Source: Mustelus asterias
Taxonomy: Eukaryota
DNA: 64,000 nt
Reading direction: 5' to 3'
Assembly: GCF_964213995.1 (NCBI RefSeq)
Contig: NC_135830.1
Span: 7,006,001 to 7,070,000, forward strand
Made by a program: the position numbers and the translations under genes. Under the pieces are notes generated by a model, which saw only the letters and a list, made by a program, of their open reading frames with translations, searched no databases and was not told the origin of the DNA. Positions 37,986 through 51,801 of the stretch are shown piece after piece (positions within the stretch are counted from its first letter, which is position 1; every line of letters begins with the position of its first letter).

Positions 37986-40260
37986 ATTTCCTTCTATACA
38001 ACTTTGCTTTCAATAATTTATTGATATTAACATTTATTGACACCTTTTTGTCACCAAGGATAAAATCTGTCCCAGAATTCAGTTGGAAATTGAATGAATA
38101 CAGACCGAGGATCATGAGTAGCTACCCAGCAGACTCTGCGCTTTAAACTCCTGAATCATAACTGGTGCGATGATTTCCAAAGTAATCATACAAATTAAAC
38201 TACCTGCACCAAATATGATTTTACTGAATCTTTAAATCCCGATTCATTATTACACAGTTTTGGGAAATAATGTAACACTTGTAGTTATCCAGTGAGTTTC
38301 ACAATATATCTGTTGCCACATTATTTATTTTACAGCCTGTGACCTTCATTTATTTGGGTGAGGGCATGGTGAGTGATTTGCTGCACATGTTTCAAATATT
38401 ACAAACCTCCCTCCTCAGTCAAATCATGTTCCCTCTTTCGATCTTGGATATGAATATTCAGCATCAGCAGAGAAATGAACCATCCGTGCTGCAGGAAAAT
38501 CCCCTCTTCTTTTTCGTGAGGATCAGCTTGCTAACTCCCGAGAAACTAGGGTTGGATTTCTCCCAGAACTTCTGGAAGTATTGACGTTATTAGACTGACA
38601 GAAATGGGATAAAGGAGCTGTTTCAATTTATGGACCAGTCAAGTACAAGTATGGGAATGTAGAACAACATCTTCCAGTACCATTTAACAATGCATCTATC
38701 AATCCATTCACTGATTCCTCAATCAAAATATTCAGGCATCCAACTGTCATTCATCCAACTATCATTCATTCAACTGTCATTCATTCCTGCATCAAGACAG
38801 TCATTCATTTATTGTTTGTGCAGATGGTGACGTAATATTAATTTAATTGGCCCAGTGATCCAGAGGCCCAGGACAATGATGTGGGGACAGGGATTTAAAT
38901 CGGAGCATTGCAGCTGGTGGAATTTGAATTCAATTAATAAATATGGAATACATTCTAATGGCCATGCTAAATTGCCCCTTAGTATCCAAAGATGTTCAGA
39001 TTAGGTGGATTGGTCATGGTAAATGTGTGGGGCTATGGGGCATGGGTAGGGGAAAGGGTTTGGCTCAGATACTCTGTCAGAGATTCGGTGCAGACTCGAT
39101 GGGCAATTTTTGAGAGGTTGATTCAACGGCAAGTGTTGCCCATGTAGCTATTAGTTATGGTTGTATATTGTCGTTTTCTGTGTCATGAATGAGACCGAGG
39201 AATTTTTGTTGGAGAGCCTAGTTCCCCCAAATCTTGTAGTCTCTGCTCTGATGCTAGTGTCGAATGTCTTATTTAGATTCAGGAAGGTATGGTTATGATA
39301 CGTATATCTTCCAACACAAACACAACACTGTGCTTCAGGTTAATCCCGGTCTTCAAGCAGATGAGTAACAAAATTGTCATCCTATCAAAGGCCTTTCCCG
39401 TGATGCTATGATTGAGATACAGCTGCAGATGTTGCCGCCTCTTCTGTCGACCTTGTCTTCGGATAGTGTGATGCTTTTGAATGATGAGTCTCCTGTGGAA
39501 CGGAACCTATCTTCTGGCAGAGAAAGAGAAGGTCATAAATGTTCAGAAAGTTGGTATTTATTTTCACCAATTGCCATCCATTCACAAAGTTACACAATTT
39601 TGTTCATAAGTTATCATCCATTCATAAACATTAATCGTTTAAGTTTTAATTTAATGGATACGTGCGTTGCTGGCTCAGTCAGTATTTGTTGCCTATACCT
39701 AATTGCCCTTAGTGAGCTGGTGGTGAGCTACCTTCTTGAATTGCTGCAGAACCGGTGGTGCTGGTACCCACACTGTGCTGTTGCAGAGGGACTTCTAGGA
39801 TTTCGATCCAGCGATAGTGAAGGAAGGACGATATATTTCCAAGTCAGGTATATGACTGACTTGGAGGGGAATTTATAGGTGATATTCCCTGGTAATTGTT
39901 ACCCCTGTCCTTCCAGATGGTAGGTGTCGTGTGGTTGGAAGGTGTTGCGTAAGGAGTTTCGGTGAGTTTCGGAAGTGAAACTTGTAGATGGTACATAATG
40001 CTGCTCTCTGTGGTGGAGGGACTGAGCATTTGCAAATGCTGTGCCAGCCCAGCCGGCTGCTTTGTCCTGAATGGTATGAAGATTCTTGAATACTGTTTGA
40101 GCTGCACTTACTCAAGCAAGTGGAGAGAACCCTTTTACTCTCCTGACTTGTGTCGTGTAGGTGGTGCACAGGTTTGGGGAGTCAGGAGGTGGGTTACTCA
40201 CAGCAGGCTGACCTGATATTCTAGCCGGAGCATTTATATACCTAGTTAATGCAGCGATTA

Positions 40261-41110
40261 TAATGCAGCAGATGGAGTATAACGTTGACAAGTGTGAGGT
40301 TATCCGCTTTGGAAGGAATAATAGTAAAATGGACTATTATTTATATGGTGAAAAACTACAACATGCTACTGTGCAGAGGGACCTGGGGGTCGGTCCTTGT
40401 GCATGAATCGCAAAAACTCAGTTTGCAGGTGCAGCAGGTGATCAAGAAGACAAATGGAACGTTGGCCTTTATTGCGAAGGGGATGGAGTATAAAAGCAGG
40501 GAGGTCTTGCTGAAATTGTACAAGGTACTGGTGAGGCTGCAATTAGAGTACTGTGTGCAATTTTGGTCCCTTTATTTGCGGAAGGATATATTGGCTTTGG
40601 AGGGAGTACAGAGAAGGTTCACCAGGTTGATACCAGAGATGAGGGGGTTAGCTTTTGAGGAGAGATTGTGTAGATTGGGCCTGTACTCGTTGGAGTTTAG
40701 AAGGCTGAGGGGAGATCTTATAGAGACATATAAGATAATGAAGTGGCTAGACAGGGTAGAGGCAGAGAGATTCTTTCCACTTAGAAAGGAAACAAGAACT
40801 AGAGGACACAGTCTCAAAATAAGGGGGAGTCAGTTTAGAACAGAGTTGAGGGGGAACTTCTTTTCTCAGAGGGTAGTGAATCTCTGGAATTCTCTGCCCA
40901 TTGAAGCAGTGGAGGCTACCTCGTTAAATATGTTGAAGTCACAGGTAGATAGATCTCTGATCAATAAGGGAATTAAGGGTTATGGGGAGCGGGCGGGTAA
41001 GTGGAACTAAACCACTATCAGATCAGCCATGGTCTTATTGAATGGCGGGGCAGGGTCGAGGGGCTAGATGGCCTACTCCTGCTCCTATTTCTTATGTTCT
41101 TATGTTCTTA
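40261..41110 (+). mobile_element. Young CR1 LINE 3' fragment
   Basis: ORF 40285-41010 (LEYCVQFWS..RTRGHSLK); (ttatgttc)n tail; empty site at ~23565. Confidence 0.93.
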
Positions 41111-43780
41111 TTAGCCAATGGTAACCCCGCCGATGTTTATAGTGGGTGATTCAGTATCATAATATCATTGAGTGACAAGGGGCAATGGGTCGGTTCTCCC
41201 TTTTTGGAGATGATCATTGCCTGGCGTCAATATTACCAATAACCTTCAATTCACAAAAATAAATTAATATTTCACCAATTATTGTCAGTATTTTATTTGA
41301 TGCAAATATAATTGCAGTTTATGAAACTGCAGATTCAAATGTATTGAGATAACATTGGCCTTTCTGTCACGAAAGAAACAAATCTGCCCCAGAATTCAGC
41401 GGGAAATTGAATTAAATCAGCCAAATAGTAGCAGCTACCCAGCAGCCTCTGCGCTTTATTAACAAGTAATGACCTCATCATCACACAGAAACTCCTGATA
41501 TATAACTGGAGTGTGTGACCATTTTAAAAATGACTGTAGAACTGAAAGTATCTGTATGTAATGTGAATTTATAGACGCTTAAAATCCCGATTCATTTTTA
41601 CAAAGTTCTGGCAAGGAATTTAAAACTTCAAGCTGTCCAGTGAGTTTCACAATATTGTAGTTGCCACATCGTTTATTTTTTAGCGTATTATCTTCACTAA
41701 ATTGGGTGATGATCTGTTGAGTGATTTTGTTGCACTAGGAAGGCCACATGTTCCAAATATTACAATCTTCCCTCATCAACCTAATCATGTTCCCTCTTTC
41801 CATCTTGCATTTGGAGATTCACCATCAGCAGGGGGGGAAATCAGACTACTCTTAGTGACGTTCAATTCATTTGTTCCGCATATCCCTGGGATGGAATTCA
41901 CCCAGAAAATCTGGAAGGATTAAAGGTTGTGGACTGACACAATTGTAATAAAGGACCAGCCTCGATTTTTGAAGTAGTAAAACACAAGTGTGCGTATGTG
42001 GAACAACAAATGTCAGGACCAGCTATCATCACATCCATCAGTCCATTCACTGATTCCTCGATGAAAACATTTAGGCATCCAACTATCGTTCACCCCTGCA
42101 TCAACACAAGCATTTATTTATTTCTTGTGTCGATGGTGGCGTAATATTAGTGCCAGTGGAGCAGTAATCCAGAGGCCCAGGCCAGTGATGTGTGAACACG
42201 AGATTAAATCCGACCATGGCAGCTGGTGGAATTTGATTTCAATCAATAAATCTGGATTCATATTTGCAGCGACCAGATTAACCACTCTGATTCCCCAGTC
42301 AAGGAAATCTGCCATCCCTACTTAGTCTCACCAGGGTGTGACTCCAGACGGACAGCAGTATGCGTAACTGGGCAATGCCTTCCGAAATGTCCTAACACAC
42401 CACTCAGTTCAAAATAAATTAAGCACAGGAAACAAATGTTGGTCTTTCCAGAGACTCCCACGTCCCATGGAAGAAAAAAGTGAAATAAAACACAAGCATA
42501 CATGTTTATGTATTATAAAATGTATCACCTCTCTGAATCAACTCTCACAATCTGCCTGTGTTTATTTTTATCCATCGTTCACGGTATTTTGTTGTGTTGG
42601 AGAGATCATCATTGTTGCTAACAAGGTGCCAGAGAAGCCGGAAACTTTCTTTTCCAAAGAAATGGGAAGCATTCATATAGGTTTACAACTTAAACAATAA
42701 TTAACTTGCCTCCAGTACTGTTGCTGGGCAGATTTGTTTATAAATAGGCCCCATTGACAATGCTAAGAGTTTGAAGTTGGCTTGCAGCCAAGCGCTCAGT
42801 GCTGAGGAAACAGATCTTTGAGTTTCTGAACAAACACCCTCAGATGCTTCCTGTAAATATCTTCGGGTATTTGGCAGCAGGTTGGACTGCTGCCAAATAC
42901 TGCGTGGGACAGATTAACGTGAATCTGTAAGAATAAAATGGGACTTAGCCAGTTATATAATAAATGTTTGATTCCCACAAGAAAGACACGTTTTAAGTGG
43001 TATTCTCAGCAAATATTTTAAATGAATGCACTGTTCATTATGTGATTAAACAGTATCGGAAACTAGTAAATTGGCTAGGTGCTATTTCATTTGTATAACT
43101 TCCAAATAAATGTCGTTCCAACAATTAAATCCACGTTGTGAGCAACTTCATGAAGTGCACGAAAGAGATTTTGATGTCCCCAATCCCTGAGTCCAACGAG
43201 ATCAGTGTAATGGCCCAAAATTAAAATAATTAAAAGTAAAAGAAAGTCATATAACTGCCTTGAACAGCGCGGATTCCTGAAATATTCTCAGTGTTCTACA
43301 CCTCTTTAAAAAGACAACGTCAATTATACGTGATTGGCACCATGTTCTGTTGTGCAGCATAACCTGATTTCGATTATTTAACAGTCCCTCTCATAGCTGC
43401 CAATGAGTGAAGAAATGACCAGTTCATAACCTGGTTCAGTGGAAGATAAAACATTTACTCTTGTGATATTGTGCAAAATGCCGCAAAGTCCTGATATCCT
43501 GTATTCCCACGACGAATGAATGTTAGACAGCGGTGGTCAATAAAATGAGCTGTAATGATTGGGATGCTGAAGGAGAACTTTCCTGATCGCCGTGTTGGTT
43601 CTGATTCACTAATTTCTCTGTCCAAATCGATTTCAATTTTATGTATCTCTGTCAACTCAATTAATTATAAGTCAACCAGGTTTCTTTCACTGTTCATTTT
43701 CACAGGGTTAAGGAGCTATTGGGGAAATATGAGGTGTAACATTGTATCATATGAGGAGTTTCTTTTTTCAATTCATTCAT

Positions 43781-44093
43781 GGACGGCACGGTGGCATAGT
43801 TGTTAGCACTGCTGCCGCACAACGCAAGGGACCCGGATTCAATTCCCGGTTTGGATCTGCGTGGAGTCTCTGTCTGTGTGGAGTCTGCACGTCCTCCAAT
43901 TGTCTGCCTATTTACTCACACGGTCCGAAGATGTGCCGCTTAGGTTGATTGGCGATGATAAATTCTTCCATGATGCCAAGGGAATTAGCAGCGAATATAC
44001 GTGGGGTGATGGGGATAAGGCCTGACTGGGAATGTTGTCGGTGCAGGCCTAATGGGCCAAATGGCCTCCTTCTGCTCCGTAGGGATTCTATGG
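43781..44093 (+). mobile_element. tRNA-derived shark SINE
   Basis: Paralog of 29157-29405. Confidence 0.85.
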
Positions 44094-44829
44094 ACATGGA
44101 TGCCGCTGGATGGTCAGCATTTATTGCCCACTCCTTGTCCGAGGGCAGTTGAGAGCCAACCACATTGCTGTGGCTCTGGAATCACATGTAGGCCAGCCAG
44201 GTAAGGACTGCAGATTTCCTTCTCTAAAGGACATTATTGAAGACAATCGACAATGATGTCATGGTCATAAGTAGATTCCTAAGTCCAGACGTTTTTACTG
44301 AATTTAAATTCCACCATCTGCCGTGGCGGGATTCGAAGCCAGATCCTGAGAACATTAGTTGAGTTTGTGGATTAATTGTATAGCGATAATAACACTAAGC
44401 CATTGCTTCCCTTTTTGCTTATATCCAGTCCCAAATTACACTGATAGCTATCCACACCTGAAATACAATCATTCCAGCATGTAGTTACATAAATCGATAA
44501 TAATTCCTCTCATGAATTATTATTTTGCTGCAATGTGTTAGAGACACAGAATTATTGCAAATCTGACTGACGTATTTACCCTGATAAGATAATGTCACCT
44601 TGTTTATGTCTATTCCCTTGTGAAGGGGTGCAGAAATGAAGGTATTTAATTTACAATGAAGTTGTTTATTTTATATAACAGATAATCAAATGCAATTTCA
44701 CCTCTTGGACTTGCAGAGACATTACAATGGATCTCAATCTTACTGCCTCAGTATTAATCTGTTTCTGGAATGTTCCCGTGTCAGCAATCAATTCACCGGG
44801 AGTAATTCTCGGTATTTTTGATAAATTTT

Positions 44830-45130
44830 ATTATGATTTCATTTGATTTATTATTATCACACATATTAGTACACAGTGAAAGTTATTGTTTCGTGTTCAC
44901 TATATAGACAGAGCATACCGTACACAGGGAAGAAAGGAAGAGAGTATAGAATGTAATGTTACCGTTATAGCTAGGGTGTAGAAAAAGATCAACTTCATGC
45001 GAGGTAGGTCCATTCAAAAGTCTGAATGCAGCAGGAAAGAAACTGTTTTTGACTCGGTTTATAAATGTCCTCAAGCTTTTGCATCATCGCGATGGAAAAA
45101 GGCGAGAGAGTATGTGCGGGGTACGTGGCG
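44830..45130 (-). mobile_element. Rex1/Babar-type LINE 3' end in the intron of VH pseudogene 2
   Basis: ORF 44883-45074 contains RVKNSFFPAAFRLLN. Confidence 0.75.
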
Positions 45131-45165
45131 TTGTTTTTACATGTTTTTCTTTCATATTTTTAAAA

Positions 45166-45313
45166 GTGTCTAATCAGATATTGTGTTGGCTCAGCCAGAG
45201 GCAGAAACCGGGCGTCCCTGAGACTGACCTGGAAAGCCATTGCGTGGCTTTACCCATGGCAGCAACTGGGTGTCTGGGTCAGACAGGTCCCTGGACAGTG
45301 TTTGTAGTATCTT
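45166..45313 (+). pseudogene. IGHV: IgM-type VH pseudogene 2 (5' half only)
   Basis: [16 protein letters not shown], ~10-nt deletion, ...VRQVPGQCL; mutated acceptor (aaaa|gt); cut off by a CR1 3' end at 45314. Confidence 0.9.
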
Positions 45314-45982
45314 AGGAACGTAAGAACTAGGAGCTGAAGTAGGCCAACTGGCGCCTCGATCCTGCTCCGCCATTGAATAAGATCATGGCCTACCTTTTTG
45401 TGGACTCGGCTCCACTTATCAGCCCGTACACCTAACCCTTAATTACTTTACTGTTCAGAAATGTATTTATCCTTGCCTTAAAAACATTCAATGAGGTAGC
45501 CTCCACTGCTTCACTGGGCAGGGAATTCCACAGATTCACAATCCTTTGTGTGAAGAATTTCCTCCTCATCTGAGTGCTAAATCTGCTCCTCCTTATTTTG
45601 AGGCTATGCCCCCTAGTTCTGGTTTCCCCTGCCAGTGGAAACAACTTCCCAGCTTCTATCTTATTAATGTTATATGCTTCTATAAGATTCTCCCGGCACT
45701 CTTCTGAATTCCAATGACTATATGTTCAAAATCTCTGAATTTCTTCATTTCCAGTTATTACATCCCCCTTGTCATCATCTAAAGGACCAATGTTTACTTT
45801 AGCCACTCTTTTTTTTTTGCTTTATATATTTGTAGAAACATTTGATACCTGTTTTTATATTCTAAGCTAGTTTACTTTCATCGTCCATCTTACTTTTCCT
45901 TATAGCTTTGTTCGTGCCTTTCTGTTGACCTTTAAAGATTTCCAAATGCTCTATTTTCCCACTAATCTTTGCCACTTTGTAT
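45314..45982 (-). mobile_element. CR1 LINE 3' end plus a second CR1 fragment replacing the rest of VH pseudogene 2
   Basis: ORF 45432-45644 FPLAGETRTRGHSLKI; the equivalent of ~30650-32400 is missing here. Confidence 0.88.
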
Positions 45983-46047
45983 CTTGTGTAATGAATGTTC
46001 AAAAAGTTTCTATTAATTTTGAATCAACTGTTAATATTCTTAAAATA

Positions 46048-46255
46048 AACGCTATTTTGATTTGAAACAGATCAATAAGTGACGGTTTATGGTTTTGCTG
46101 CCATGAACATTTCATTGTAAACAGTGAGGTGTTTATGTAAATAAACACAGAAATAGAAATCCCAGATTAGATTGTTGACTGACAAAAACACAACAAATAT
46201 TTCCCCACCAACACAGCACAGAAATAGAGACAAACATGCAAATCAATCAACGGAT
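46048..46255. promoter_or_regulatory. Conserved non-coding block, copy 3 (~8.7 kb upstream of the functional leader)
   Basis: GTGTTTAT-gtaa-ATAAACAC 46129-46148; GAAATAGAAA; ATGCAAAT 46236-46243. Confidence 0.55.
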
Positions 46256-46569
46256 TCCAGTAACGATTGTTTTTCAATATTATTGAAAGCTATGATTTTA
46301 AATTACATGAGGAAAAACGTCATGATGATATCTATGTCCAGAATTAGGAAAACATCCCTCTGATCCCGAAATATAATGACACGGCAAATGTATTCATTGA
46401 AATTTCCTGTTTCATCTCTCTGTCTTTCTCCTGTCTGTTTCAGTGTCTGATCTCCCCACAATGGTTCGTCGCCTTCACTCCACAGCATGAAGTCAATGTC
46501 TACCCAATGTGTTCTCTCAGCCAGAGTTATAGACTTCTAAAATAATTTAACTCACTGAATTGGAATCTG

Positions 46570-48950
46570 TGAAAGAGCTTGACTCTAAAAGATGTCTTGA
46601 GCATTCTTTGATCTTGGTATATTTGATACATTTTCCTCTGTATCTAACCTCGGCTGTACCTGGTGATAAGGATTCAATGTGGCAGTACCAAAGGATCTGT
46701 CCCCATATTTAGCCGCTGCTGTCCCTGTCTTTGGAATATTTACTCTGCATCTAAACTCACTGTACCTTCCTTTTGAATGTTTGCTATGACTTTGTCAAGG
46801 AAGATTTAATCCGTATCTCATCTCTGCTGTACCTGACCTGGGTGTGTTTTATGGCACTGTGTAGACAGCTCTTTTCCCTGTACCTAACACTAATTTAAAT
46901 CTGCCTCCCGAATCTCTGAAGGAAGAGTGCAGAAGAGGTTTAACGTAGAAGAGAGTTCATGCTCTTTCTGCCTTCATTTTGTTTGAGCAGACTTTGTAGA
47001 GGGAGTTTCACTCTCTTTCTAGACAGTATACTGTCCTGGGAATGTTTGATTTGGATAGTCTAGAGCGAGATTCACTTTGTATGTAACTCATGCTATTCCT
47101 GCCTTGGGAGGGTTTAATTTGGCAATGCAGAGGGAACTTTGCATTCTTCAGCTAACACCATGTTACTCCTGTCCTGTAAGCTTTTGATGGGATAGTCGGC
47201 CGTCTCTACAAATTTCATGGGGATTGAACCAGTCTCTTTATATTACAGTAAATTTACCCTCTGTCAGCTTATATTATGAGGCCATGCCTTTGTTGATTTT
47301 TCACTGGACCCTAACTATTTTTATATTGCACGTAGAATATTATATTGCCTGTCTCTACTCATATGAAACTAGATGTTGTATCTGTTTATACTAAATTAGA
47401 CGCTGTTATACGTTATATTATACGTTACCATGTTTCTGTTCATATTAAGCGAGACGTTGTCTCTGTTTTTATTAACATAGACCTATCTCTATTTGCATTA
47501 AACTAGATGCAGCCTTTTTTCTGCAATTGACCCTGTCCACGTTTATATTGTATTGGACATGGTCTCAGTTTTTACTGCACTGGACAATGCCAGTAATGAG
47601 GGAAGTGGTTGGGGGAATACAATTCTCTGCAAACTTTATGAGGTTTTGAGCACGGGAAAAGAAGAAGCGATATCTGAAATCTACTTCTGCTGACTGCATG
47701 GAAAATGGATACCAAGCCCTGTGTAGCATGCGTTGTCAATAAAGAACAAAAAACAAAGAAAATCACCGCACAGGGAAAGGCCTATCGGCCCTCCAAGACT
47801 GCACCAACCAAATGCTGTCGATCCAATACTGCCCGTTTCTGGATCCTGCCTGATAACAATGTTTTTATCCCAACATATTATCTCTTCTTTCGCAGAACCG
47901 TGTAGTAATACAGACATAATTCAAACAGCTATAGTTAAGTGCAGGAATAACACTGACACAGTCTAGTGAAATATATACAGGGTCAGTATCAAATATTACG
48001 TATCCAGAGAGAATGTCTCGTGCAATATAAACTGAATTTCGATCTAGCAGAGTATTAACAGAACCAGACTGTATTTTCATATAAACAGGGGCCAGATCCA
48101 ACAAAATAGAAATGAGTTAGTGCCGAGTGCCATGTGGGAATGGTCAAATGCCAAATTCCAATGACAGCCACATCCCATGAAAGAAACATTTTAAAAAATG
48201 ACATTGCCAAGGAAAAGAAAGCTGATACAGTGTCTAGCGCAGTTTTACTGATATAGGAGCTTATGCGACATGAACTGAGACAGCGCCGAGTAATTAATGA
48301 TACTGGACCGAGATTTATATGAACTGCGATGGAGCCAAGTGCATTAGTAATAATTACTGATACAGGACTGAGACAGGTTTAAACTGAAACAAAGTCCAGT
48401 GTGTTAGTGATAATTACTGATATCGTACCTTGACTGATATAAACTGAGACAGAGCCCGCTTTATTCGTAGTAGTTGTTGATAAAGGAACTAGACTGATGC
48501 ACACTGAGATTCGGACAATGCAGCAATTAGGAGGTATTGCAAAGTACAATAAAACTGAGACATGACATAGTCTTAAATAACCAAATACATGGACTGGTGC
48601 TGCATTAACTTAAAATGGACTTGGATTATTAAAATCTAATGAACGACTAGCAAAATAACTGTGACAGAACCATGTGTAATGCATGAAGACAGTATTTCCA
48701 GTTTAGTACACAGAGGTAAATGTTCTGAGGCAGTAAGAATTAAGACACGGCCTCTTGTCAGATTAGCAGAGACATGGCTAAGTGCAACCGTAACTTAGAA
48801 ATTATAATATTAACAGGGCCTGTACATGAACAGCTGATATTGAGCCGAGTGCAGCAAAAAAACGTAGATAGGACCTCCTGGAATGTGATCCAGGCAGAAC
48901 CCAGTGTAACACGGACAGAGTCAGAGGTGAGTTGAATATAAGCAGAGATA
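46570..48950. repeat. Degenerate satellite block (60-bp shark satellite, then reverse and forward ~28-bp arrays)
   Basis: Paralogous to 32975-35470 and 16105-18700. Confidence 0.75.
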
Positions 48951-48969
48951 TGATATTTTTAACATTACT

Positions 48970-49810
48970 TCATGGGATTCTGACGTCACAGACAGTCAAC
49001 TTTTGTTGCCAAATCATAATTTCCTTTGAGAATATGTTGGCAAGCTTTGAGAAGCTGGTGGGTGGGGTGTTCTTCGAGACAGCTACTTTTTCCAGAATGG
49101 CATTGAGCTTTTTGAGTGGCACAAGTCAGGCAAGTAGAGAATATTCAATCATTTATGTTGGAACAGACTTGGTGGGCAGAAGGGCCTGTTCATGTGCTGT
49201 ACTGTTCTTTGTTCATATTCCTGCCTTTTGCCTGGTAGATGATGGATAGGGTTTGGAAATTCAGGAGGTGAGCTGGTCACCTGCTCTTGTAGCCACATGA
49301 TTTAAATGCCTGTTCCAGTTCAGATTTTCACGAAGTATAATGACCAGGATGTTGATAGTGTGGGATTCTGCGCTAGTAATGCTACTTAGTGTCAAGGGGA
49401 GATGGTTGGAATCTCCCTTACTGGAGAGGGTCATTGCCTGCCACTTGTGTGGCATTAATGTTACTTGTCACTCAATAGCCCAAGTCTGAATGTTTTCTAA
49501 GTCTTGCTCCATATGGACACAGACTGTGTCAGTACCTGAGGAGTCGGAACTGGTGCTGAACTTTGTTCAATCATCAGTGAACATCCCACATATGAACTTT
49601 GATGATGGCTGAAGCTTGGGGCTTTGTCACTAACCTGAAGAATTCCTGCAAAGCCGTGTGACTGAGATGATTGACCATTAAGAACCGCAACCATCTTCAT
49701 TTGTGTTCCAGCCAGTGTTTCCCCCTGATTCCTATTAACTGCCGTTTCGCTCAGGCTCCTTAATGCGACAAACGGTCAAATGTTGCGTCGATGTCAAGGG
49801 CACGCCACCT
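48970..49810 (-). mobile_element. Decayed non-LTR retrotransposon RT fragment
   Basis: Paralog of 35490-36370. Confidence 0.75.
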
Positions 49811-50499
49811 CTCTTCACCTTTTAATTTAAAATTTGTATCTATATTTGGACTCATTTTAAATTATTTCTGGAATCGAGTGATCCTGGCGGAACAAAAATT
49901 GAGCATCTTGGTTTGCGTGTGTTTTGTGAAATATATCATGTTTGACAGAAATTAATTTCAAAATGATCACTTGCATCCTTCCACTTACAGTGCATGTTGG
50001 ACGCACAATAAACATATCCAATTCAGATTGGCTTCCTTTACATATGTCACCTTTTCTGATGATTGAAGAGGACAATTTTTGAAAGGTGAGTTCTGCCACA
50101 AGTGCTGCCCATTAAGCTACCATTTGTCATAGTGTGTTATCGTTTTTGTATCATGAATGGATATTTTGGTGTAGAGCCAGTTATCACCAAAATCCTATAG
50201 TCCTTGCCGTGCTGACGGTGTTGAATGTCTTAGCGAGATTGACCAAAGTACGTTAAAGATATGGACATATGGAACATGGAGAAGTTGTTGGCTGGAGTAA
50301 ATCTTCCAACACAGTCACTACACTGCACATCAGGAACACCCGGTCTGCAAGTAGATGATGTATTTCAAGTGTGACCCTAGCAAAGATCTTTCCCGTGATG
50401 CCATGACTGAGATATGTCTGTAGCTGGAGCAGTCTCTTCCATTGGCTTACTTTGCAAAAGGTGTGATGAATTTGAATCATGCATCTCTTGTGGAATGGT

Positions 50500-50797
50500 G
50501 GGTGCCAGGGTGGCAAAGTGGTTAGCTCTGTTGCCTCACATCGCCAGGGCCACAGGTTTGGTTCCCGGCTTGGGTCAGTGTCTGTGCGGAATCTGCACAT
50601 TCTTCCCGTGTATGCGTGGATTTCCTCTGGGTGCTCCTCCCACAGTCCGAAAAGGCATGCAGGTAGGGTGCACTGGCCAGGCTAAATTCTCCCTCGGTGT
50701 ACCCGAACAGACGCCGCAACGTGGCGACTCGGGGATTTTCACAGTAACTTCATTGAAGTGTTAATGTAAGCCTACTTGTGACATTAATAAATAAACT
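50500..50797 (+). mobile_element. tRNA-derived shark SINE
   Basis: Paralog of 37075-37372. Confidence 0.85.
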
Positions 50798-51270
50798 TCA
50801 AACCTTAAATCTTCCAGCAGATAAGGAGAATGTCATAAATGTTCAGAAAAATAGTAATTATTTTCACCAACGACCATCCATTCACAATTTTTAAAAATGC
50901 ATTCACCCAGTTCTCATTCATTCATAAAGATTAGTATATTTAACATTACTTTATGGGAGGTGGGCGACACTTTCTAGGCCAGCATTTGTTCCCCATTGCT
51001 AATTGCATTCAGTAAAGTGGTGGTGAACCGCCTTGTTGAACCGCTGCAAAACCTGCAGAGTAGGTACTCCCATAGTGCTGTTCGGGAGGGTGCTCATGGA
51101 TTCCGACCCAGCGACAGTATAGGAATGGTAATATATGTTCAAGTGGGGTTGATGAGTGTCTTGGGGAGGGGGGGGGGGGCGGTATTTCCAGGCGGGGTTA
51201 TTCCACTTCATCAATTATCATCAATTCATACAGATAAACAATTATTTCACCAATTATATTCAGCATTTTG

Positions 51271-51801
51271 ATAAAAGCAAACTACTACGGATTCTGGAAA
51301 CTGAAACAAAAACAATAAATTCTGGAAAATCTCAACAGGTCTGACAGCATCTGGGGAGAGAGAATAGAGCCAACATTTTGAGTCAGGATGACCAATTTTT
51401 ATTTGGAGGAAATTGAAGTGGATGATGAAATTGGGAAATGATACGGTTGGATAGGGATTAGGAAGTTTTTTTTAGAATATAGTTAGTGATTGAGGCGTTG
51501 ATTAGGTTAGTTAGGATGGAGAAGTTGAATATGATATTTGGGATCGATATCTGAATTGGTGTAACTTGTGTGCGGGTCGACATAGTGTATATCATTAAAC
51601 AGTAACTACTTAAACTATTCCCATCTCACAGGAAAGTGATGCAGCTTCTCTGACACGTTGTTAGAAACAATGATGATCTCTCCAACGCATCAGGAATACT
51701 CTGTCGAAGCGCCATCCAGACACGAAACGTTGGCTCCATTCTGTCTCCACAGAAGCTGTCAGACCTGCTGCGATTTTCCAGCATTTTCTGTTTGTTTTCA
51801 G
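51271..51801. mobile_element. Penelope-type inverted-end element, copy B
   Basis: Left arm ataaaagcaaactactacggattctggaaac...ggatgacc; right arm ...cgaaacgttggctcc...cagcattttctgttttg; empty site at ~23745. Confidence 0.65.

Larger units (their letters stand above)
22400..39000 (+). repeat. Younger tandem duplication, copy A (second half of unit X plus first half of unit Y); copy B is ~39100-52840
   Basis: 22400-30650 aligns with 39105-45313, and 32400-38960 aligns with 45990-52840; the junction at ~38960-39105 is occupied by a SINE fragment. Confidence 0.8.

Noticed and set aside
47491-47498. Octamer ATTTGCAT
   Set aside because: Lies inside a decayed satellite and is not conserved in the paralogous copies
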